From: an uncultured virus (IMG/VR IMGVR_UViG_2831345111_000005)
Lineage: Duplodnaviria > Heunggongvirae > Uroviricota > Caudoviricetes
Direction: 5' to 3' (one strand)
Length of the DNA stretch: 20,000 nt
Virus record (IMG/VR): IMGVR_UViG_2831345111_000005
The notes under the pieces are model-generated. The model was not told the origin of the DNA, searched no databases, and saw only the letters and a program-made list of their open reading frames with translations. Both the position numbers and the translations under genes were made by a program. This document shows, piece after piece, positions 1-5,375 of this stretch (positions are counted from its first letter, which is position 1; every line of letters begins with the position of its first letter).

Positions 1-242
1 GCTTCGAGGCGCCAGCTTTTGATGATGCCGCAGTCATCAAGGAAGTGCAGCCGTTGGGGTCGAGCGGCCTGCACTGGAAGATTCGGGCAAAAATCGGGGA
101 TAACGACGTGCCGGAAACGGTGGTCATGTTCAACCAGCCGGAGCCGACCGTTGGCCAGGAAGTCCAGATGTATCTGGCTCCCAGCCTGAATACTTGGAAG
201 GGAAAGACCTCCCTGCAGTGGCAGGGAAGGGTGTTGAACTAG
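1..242 (+). CDS. recJ: ssDNA exonuclease RecJ-like protein, C-terminal OB-fold part (5' truncated by window)
   Basis: Frame open from base 3: FEAPAF...PLGSSGLHWKIR...VVMFN...YLAPSLNTWKGKTSLQW resembles the RecJ C-terminus (F-x-x-P-x-F...G-x-H-L-K...N-x-W-x-G-x-x-S-L-Q); stop TAG at 240-242. Confidence 0.7.
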   Translation, partial: FEAPAFDDAAVIKEVQPLGSSGLHWKIRAKIGDNDVPETVVMFNQPEPTVGQEVQMYLAPSLNTWKGKTSLQWQGRVLN

Positions 243-817
243 GCGGCGTCCACCAGCACGGTCTTTTTGAGTTCCGCGACCTGGATGGCTGTGCCAGCGC
301 CGAATACGGCATCAATCTGCTCAGCATAGCGCAAAATCAACGCTTTCGTTAAACGCGTATCCTTGGTTCCTGGCTCACGATGATTATTGGTGAGGTCCCG
401 ATGATTGCGGTGGCGTTGTTCCGGATTTTCACCATGTACTTCCAGTTCGCCAGGAGTGTACACGCTGGGCTCTAACTGGCTCGCCCAAAACTTGCTGCCA
501 TATCGCCAAATCAAACGAAGTGCACCTTTTCGCGCAAGGACGATACCCTCAGCGCTAAAATCGGTTCCATTTTCATACCTTGGCGCAACTTCAAATAACC
601 CGGAGTTCTTCCGTCCGCCGTTCTTTCGCTTATCGCGGGCGGTTTCGGCTTTATTATGCTCGATGGCGAGTATCTCCTCGCGCTCCCTCAAATTCGAAAG
701 AAACTTATGAATTTCAGGCACCGCCGAATCATCCCCCTCGTTCACACGCGTAAGCAAGTCAACAGCAGTTTCAAATTTTGAGGAGCGTTCGAGGATGGAG
801 AGATGTTTGAATGCCAT
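239..817 (-). CDS. hypothetical protein (~192 aa)
   Basis: Long ORF; start moved from 877 to ATG 817 (MAFKHL) because 849-877 is occupied by a promoter-like sequence; no family recognised. Confidence 0.7.
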   Translation of the reverse strand: MAFKHLSILERSSKFETAVDLLTRVNEGDDSAVPEIHKFLSNLREREEILAIEHNKAETARDKRKNGGRKNSGLFEVAPRYENGTDFSAEGIVLARKGALRLIWRYGSKFWASQLEPSVYTPGELEVHGENPEQRHRNHRDLTNNHREPGTKDTRLTKALILRYAEQIDAVFGAGTAIQVAELKKTVLVDAA

Positions 818-848
818 GATGGATTCCGACTGTAAGGAATACCTTCTG

Positions 849-877
849 AATATAGCATTATTTGCTATAATAGTCAA
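849..877 (-). promoter_or_regulatory. sigma70-type promoter with overlapping palindrome
   Basis: Minus strand TTGACT-17bp-TATATT; inverted repeat TATAGCA-N5-TGCTATA at 851-869 covers the spacer and -10. Confidence 0.6.
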
Positions 878-951
878 TCAGTTAATGTGCAACTTTGTTT
901 CCAGTTTCGAGTTTTGTGCGTTAATCTGTTTCCGCTCCCTATACTGGTACA

Positions 952-1206
952 TGGAAATATGGTTCCGTTTGTGTGAACCCGACGGGTAGGTAGAGTGCCC
1001 CTGTGGACGAAGCTTGAGCATTTGCTCGCTGTTGACGACGGTCGACATCCTCAAAAAGAAGTTTTACCGCAGTGACGCCTTTAACTATCCGCCAAAACAC
1101 GGACGTCCGTCAGCGACATTGAGCGTAAGCTCTGTTGTGACGATGAAAGGCCATTCTCGGTAACTTCTCTCTCCCACACCAGTTCTCTGAACTGGTGTTT
1201 GTTTTT
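952..1206 (+). ncRNA. candidate structured non-coding RNA, family not recognised
   Basis: No credible ORF; nested helices 959-964/1149-1154, 983-995/1079-1091, 1001-1006/1067-1072, 1030-1036/1041-1047, long hairpin 1104-1145 with GUAA tetraloop; TATACT at 940-945 upstream, intrinsic terminator downstream. Confidence 0.6.
1176..1206 (+). terminator. intrinsic terminator
   Basis: ACACCAGTTC-TCT-GAACTGGTGT perfect 10-bp stem followed by TTGTTTTT; the U-tract is only on the + strand. Confidence 0.75.
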
Positions 1207-1223
1207 ATTAGAGCCTTTGAGGC

Positions 1224-1787
1224 TTAAACCCTGGCTGAGCTCATTCGCCGGTCTTTATTGGCTTTTGTATACCGAGATTTATATTCATTCTTAGGGGTAC
1301 GCTTAGCTTCATAAGGTTGTCCGGCTCTGCGAGCCGCCAGATATGGCTCAAGCCCTTTGTGAAATGTGGCCCCTTGGCAAGATTTGCACAAAATCGAGCT
1401 GTGCTCGATTGCTTCCATCAACGACTCCCTAGCCATGCCGTTATGCAAAATGGCGGAAACACACGGCCCGTCAAAGTCACGATTCAAATGATAGGTTAGC
1501 TGATTAGCTGTTCCACATTTCTCACACTTAGCTGCCGCCAGACCTTCCTTCACAATTTTTTCTAAGGAAACCCGTCTTGCGGCTGCATTAATTGCTGACC
1601 GCTCGATGATTTTTTCTTTATTCGCTAAATAATGTTCTCGACTCACGATTGCTTGGCACGGCTTGCATCGAGACTGACGTTTGCCCGTTACCTTGTTCTT
1701 CAAATTGAAATCCGTAACAGGTTTTTCAACATGGCAATGACAACATTCCTTAACTTCAATGGCCTCGAGAATTTCCATACAGTTCAC
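1224..1787 (-). CDS. Zn-finger / HNH-endonuclease-like protein, degenerate HNH site
   Basis: Four CxxC pairs (CCHC, CKPC, CEKC, CKSC); N-terminal KECxxCxxEKPxxDF...CKPC finger and C-terminal CxxCG...L-x-Y-H...ILCxxC layout as in phage HNH proteins. Confidence 0.65.
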   Translation of the reverse strand: MNCMEILEAIEVKECCHCHVEKPVTDFNLKNKVTGKRQSRCKPCQAIVSREHYLANKEKIIERSAINAAARRVSLEKIVKEGLAAAKCEKCGTANQLTYHLNRDFDGPCVSAILHNGMARESLMEAIEHSSILCKSCQGATFHKGLEPYLAARRAGQPYEAKRTPKNEYKSRYTKANKDRRMSSARV

Positions 1788-1822
1788 TTAATTTCGTTTA
1801 GCAAGTAGGTAAGCTACCAAGT

Positions 1823-1846
1823 AAAACTGGCCGGATGGCCAGTTTT
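1823..1846. terminator. intrinsic terminator (bidirectional shape) downstream of nuc
   Basis: AAAACTGGCC-GGAT-GGCCAGTTTT inverted repeat. Confidence 0.7.
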
Positions 1847-1872
1847 AGAGTAACTAGTTGAAATTCTTAAAG

Positions 1873-2517
1873 CTAGTATTGTGTTTCAAATGGTGTTGAC
1901 TGGCTGTAGTTGCGGTTGAAGTGCTTGACGTAGGCATCAGCCAATTTTGGGTTGTTCCAGTTCACCAGCACATTCTCGGAGTTCTTGTGAGCGGCGGCGG
2001 CCGAATAGTTGAACGAGCCAAGTTCGACCGTATCCCGGTTCACGATGAGGACCTTATCATGGTGAATAGGATACACCTTGATGACGCGCACATCGGCGCC
2101 AGCGGTCTTCAACGCAGAGAGCGCGGCACGCGCCTTGCCGGAGCGGTCTTCAGAGATGTTGTTCTTGTAGTCAGCCACCAGCTTGATGGAAACGCCGTTA
2201 TGCGCCGCCTTCACCAGCGCCTCGGTCACTGGCGCCGAGGTGAAGCTGTAGGACAGCATCAAAATTTCGCCACCCTTTTTCTCGGACGCGGAGTTGATAA
2301 CCTTGATGACCAGATTTTCGCTGCCTTCGTCAGGGGAGAAGGCAACCTCTAGTGTGCCCGCCGCCGGCACGACAGTGCTGCCCTGGTTGGAAATTGCTTT
2401 ACTGACATCATGGAAGCCTTTGGTGACGTCTTTGAATGAGAATGCGTTGGCCACACCGCCAACCGCAACCATTGCCAGGGTTAACAATGCGGATACTGCA
2501 ACACGAGAGCGCGTCAT
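1873..2517 (-). CDS. nuc: secreted phospholipase D-family endonuclease (Nuc-like)
   Basis: Signal peptide ending ANA; VAFSP, YSFTS, HDKVLIVN...GSFNYS...NSEN motifs typical of plasmid Nuc. Confidence 0.9.
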   Translation of the reverse strand: MTRSRVAVSALLTLAMVAVGGVANAFSFKDVTKGFHDVSKAISNQGSTVVPAAGTLEVAFSPDEGSENLVIKVINSASEKKGGEILMLSYSFTSAPVTEALVKAAHNGVSIKLVADYKNNISEDRSGKARAALSALKTAGADVRVIKVYPIHHDKVLIVNRDTVELGSFNYSAAAAHKNSENVLVNWNNPKLADAYVKHFNRNYSQSTPFETQY

Positions 2518-2550
2518 TTCTTGCCTTTTGTTATCTAATATGGAACATGA

Positions 2551-2579
2551 AATATACTATATTAGGCACTTATTGTCAA
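2551..2579 (-). promoter_or_regulatory. sigma70-type promoter for nuc
   Basis: Minus strand TTGACA-17bp-TATATT. Confidence 0.7.
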
Positions 2580-2619
2580 CTTAGGCATTTGTTAATCAGC
2601 CAAGGCATCAGGAGAAATT

Positions 2620-2868
2620 ATGGCAGAACCTTGCAGAAAACGTGCGTGGAAAAATTCCCTTGCCCAAGGCCATCTTGAGGTTTGCCCGTGGGACTCGTCC
2701 GAAGCCGTCAGTTTTGAGTTGTATTATGCTGGCATGGAAAGTTCTAGCGCCACGCTCACCTTTACCTCCAGGCTACTGGCAGACCAGGTTTGCTACGCCC
2801 TAATGAAACAATTCGAGGCAGGCAAGCGTGCGGCTAAAGTGGAACTTAAGCATTGGCTCGACAGCTAA
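2620..2868 (+). CDS. hypothetical protein (82 aa)
   Basis: AGGAG RBS before ATG, terminator immediately after stop. Confidence 0.7.
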   Translation: MAEPCRKRAWKNSLAQGHLEVCPWDSSEAVSFELYYAGMESSSATLTFTSRLLADQVCYALMKQFEAGKRAAKVELKHWLDS

Positions 2869-2877
2869 TGCAGACTC

Positions 2878-2901
2878 AAAGCCCCGATATTCGGGGCTTT
2901 T
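2878..2901 (+). terminator. intrinsic terminator
   Basis: AAAGCCCCGA-TAT-TCGGGGCTTTT. Confidence 0.75.
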
Positions 2902-2914
2902 CGTTTGGACACAG

Positions 2915-2940
2915 AAAAGCCGCAAGAAAAATCTTGCGGC
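2915..2940 (-). terminator. intrinsic terminator ending the polA operon
   Basis: GCCGCAAGA-AAAA-TCTTGCGGC preceded by AAAA (U-tract on minus strand). Confidence 0.7.
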
Positions 2941-2950
2941 CTTGTGAGAG

Positions 2951-3148
2951 TTACATCAGGTTGTATTTCGACAAAAGGTGCTCAATCGCTTGATAGTGCT
3001 CCTGCATTGCATCTACCAGGTCGGCCCCAGAGATACTGGCTTCTGCATCACCAAACCCGAGTGATTCCAGGCTTGCGCGAATGTTCGTCAGAATGACGAT
3101 ACCCAGTTCCTTGTCATCATTAGTCACTTGAGACAGTTTGCTTGCCAT
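2951..3148 (-). CDS. hypothetical protein (65 aa)
   Basis: GGAGG RBS; operonic spacing with upstream gene. Confidence 0.75.
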   Translation of the reverse strand: MASKLSQVTNDDKELGIVILTNIRASLESLGFGDAEASISGADLVDAMQEHYQAIEHLLSKYNLM

Positions 3149-3159
3149 GATTCCTCCGC

Positions 3160-3894
3160 TTAGGGTTGAGTAAAGCTGTCACCGGACATAAATGCCATCC
3201 AGTTGCATGCTTTACCGTAGGACTTGAAGTTCGCGTGATTCAATAACAAACCATTCTGGTTTTTTACCCAAACCCCATGCGAGTAGCCTAGAGCCGCAAG
3301 AGAGACATACTTACCCTTGCTATCGGTATACCCATCTTCGTCGGAAATCGAACGAAGTTCCATCTCCGGCAAGTGGTACTGCGGGTGCCGATACACATCT
3401 TTACGGGTTGTGACGTCAACGATACGGACAATGCAGCTGGTCAGAAGTGCAGGTCCCCCATCCTCATCATCAGAAATCAGGAGAGGGCTCTTCATTGGCC
3501 CCATGCTGCGACCAATTCTTCCCATCATATCGTGTTCGTCCATCCAGTCACGGCCTGTGGATTCGTCGCCCAGGAAAATCCGGACACGATTTCCACTTTT
3601 ACGATAGGCCTCGAGCACCTTGCGTACCTGTTCAGGCGTGCGCGCATCAAACCAAGTTTCCTTGTCTTCGATGGCGCGATACTCCTGAAGCAGCGAAAGG
3701 TAGTCCTCGTACTGCTTGAGGGTACCGATTTCAGCGCTTTGCGGCGTTACTGAAATCGCGCGGCCGGCTTTTGCAATCCGGCTCGCAAACTCAGTGATGT
3801 AGTTATAGACTACATCAAACCCCAGGCAGCTATATCCACCGCCACTCGGGATTACAAACAAACGTTGGTCTTGATTCAGGCTGACAGCAGTCAT
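3160..3894 (-). CDS. hypothetical protein (244 aa)
   Basis: GAGG RBS, long ORF in operon; no family recognised. Confidence 0.8.
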   Translation of the reverse strand: MTAVSLNQDQRLFVIPSGGGYSCLGFDVVYNYITEFASRIAKAGRAISVTPQSAEIGTLKQYEDYLSLLQEYRAIEDKETWFDARTPEQVRKVLEAYRKSGNRVRIFLGDESTGRDWMDEHDMMGRIGRSMGPMKSPLLISDDEDGGPALLTSCIVRIVDVTTRKDVYRHPQYHLPEMELRSISDEDGYTDSKGKYVSLAALGYSHGVWVKNQNGLLLNHANFKSYGKACNWMAFMSGDSFTQP

Positions 3895-3943
3895 GATATT
3901 TCCTCATTTTGGTTAGTAACAATGAGGTATAGCGCTAAGTCGG

Positions 3944-4288
3944 CTAGAGCCGGATGATGCCCGTTTCGATGGAATCGATGGATTTCTCCAGGAAGGTCAC
4001 CGAACACTTCTTGTCGTCGCCGGCAATCTCCTGAGCCATGCCCAAGGTGCTGGCAAATGTGCGCTGCAAGGTGCTGTGACGCGCCTGGACTAGCGCCGTG
4101 GTGACAGCGCCACACTCACATTTCTTTGCCCAGGCCGCGCCGGCCGGGGTGTGCTTGATGAGCGTGAATCCATTCAGGACTTCGCCGCAGGTCTTGCACT
4201 TGATGTTAATCGGGGATTCGTCTTCCTGGATGGCTTGTGCCTGCGCAATGCGTTCTGCGAGGGAACCACGTTTTCTTGCTTGACCCAT
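3944..4288 (-). CDS. small Zn-ribbon-like hypothetical protein (114 aa)
   Basis: Start reassigned to ATG 4288 (MGQARKRG) with AAGGA RBS; CKTC...CEC cysteine pairs. Confidence 0.7.
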   Translation of the reverse strand: MGQARKRGSLAERIAQAQAIQEDESPINIKCKTCGEVLNGFTLIKHTPAGAAWAKKCECGAVTTALVQARHSTLQRTFASTLGMAQEIAGDDKKCSVTFLEKSIDSIETGIIRL

Positions 4289-4323
4289 TTTGTTTCCTTG
4301 ATGGTTGGCCCAGAGGGCTGAGG

Positions 4324-4710
4324 TTAGAGGTACCGCTGACTTCCGACACGTCCCGGCTTTAATGCCACAACGATGCCGCGGCAAGAGGGGGTGTTTCGAC
4401 GCTTGGGGTCGTTAGGGTTACTCATGGCATATCGGCGTTCTGCCGATAGCATGGTTGACCGGATGTTTCTGGCTACAACAGGGTTGCTGCGGTCGTGAAT
4501 ACACCAGTGCGGCACGGTTTTTCCGTAGATGCCTGAGGACTTGAGTATTTCTGCTGCCACCTCGTAAGGGGAGCCGCCGTCACCGAGGTCCGAGTCAAAT
4601 GAAATTTGGCGGACGTGCTCAGTTGCTAGTAGCTTAATGGCCTCCTTTGCGGAGCGGCACACTGTGGCGCCGACAGGAGCGGGTCGACTATCATCGAGGA
4701 ATAGGAACAT
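4324..4710 (-). CDS. cyclic-phosphate-processing receiver-like domain protein
   Basis: LFLDDSRPAP...CRSAKEAIKLL...ISFDSDLG...IH..NPV matches the LxLDDxRxxP...ISxDHDLG...HSxNP family pattern, with His replaced by Ser in DHDLG. Confidence 0.7.
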   Translation of the reverse strand: MFLFLDDSRPAPVGATVCRSAKEAIKLLATEHVRQISFDSDLGDGGSPYEVAAEILKSSGIYGKTVPHWCIHDRSNPVVARNIRSTMLSAERRYAMSNPNDPKRRNTPSCRGIVVALKPGRVGSQRYL

Positions 4711-5355
4711 TTACGGCTCCATCCAGAATGCGGGCAAGTGGTAGTTCAAGGAGGCGCCCATATACCCCGTTCGACCTATGGACACAAAGTTGAGTCTCTT
4801 GTAGTGCCTGCGCAATTTCGTCGATATCTTTTTGCGCTCTGCATCGGAAACTGGAGCGGCCTTCCCATCTTGAATTGGTGCTGCTTGCAGAAGCGCCAAT
4901 TCGCAGCCAAGCGCCTTGTTCTTAAGCAGGGTGTAAATTGCCTGCAAGCCGATGTCGCGTCCACGATAAGCCGGCTGCAGTTCAACGCGGTTAAGGTAGA
5001 GGATGCCACCAAATCCTGTGAGCAAGTCATCCCCGACCGCATCCATCAGCACCTGCTTCAGTTCAGTTTGCTCGTCATAAATTGTGCCAAACAGGTCCGC
5101 CAGAGTATCGCTGTGGGCATCCAGCGCATCCCCCAACCAGACACGGTTGTCATGCGCGAGAGCTGTATCAATCACAAAATAGTCAAGCACCCCTACGTCA
5201 ACAAAATCTTCAGTTTCATCGTCATAGATACAAATTTTGGCGAGGTAGTCAGTAACTATGTTTTCATCTGGCTCCCTGGCCTTAAATCGCGTCAGAGAGC
5301 TTTGGCTGATTTCCAGTACGAGGTTTTCTTCAGGGGGAACGCCTAAAAAGGCCAT
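4711..5355 (-). CDS. GNAT-fold protein
   Basis: ILYLNRVELQPAYRGRDIG (acetyl-CoA motif A-like) and KLRRHYKRLNF (motif B-like). Confidence 0.6.
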   Translation of the reverse strand: MAFLGVPPEENLVLEISQSSLTRFKAREPDENIVTDYLAKICIYDDETEDFVDVGVLDYFVIDTALAHDNRVWLGDALDAHSDTLADLFGTIYDEQTELKQVLMDAVGDDLLTGFGGILYLNRVELQPAYRGRDIGLQAIYTLLKNKALGCELALLQAAPIQDGKAAPVSDAERKKISTKLRRHYKRLNFVSIGRTGYMGASLNYHLPAFWMEP

Positions 5356-5375
5356 ATCAAAATCTCACGTTTCCG

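Noticed and set aside
795..989. 64-aa + strand ORF
   Set aside because: Overlaps an antisense gene and promoter sequences, no RBS, atypical composition; also ends about 190 nt before the terminator
1099..1154. Hammerhead-like layout (stem, GAAA, stem) in the candidate RNA
   Set aside because: Core reads CGGACGU rather than CUGANGA and the A15.1-U16.1 pair is absent
952..1206. tRNA, tmRNA, RNase P, SRP or group II intron identity for the intergenic RNA
   Set aside because: No T-loop GTTCRA/CCA end, GAGGAAAGTCC, SRP domain IV or domain V motif visible
1224..1787. IscB/TnpB or other transposon nuclease
   Set aside because: Too short, no RuvC motifs or PLMP domain, no transposon ends recognised
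4738..5346. 202-aa + strand ORF (also 7485-8105, 13509-14045, 14671-15282, 15493-16032)
   Set aside because: Antisense shadows of better-supported minus-strand genes
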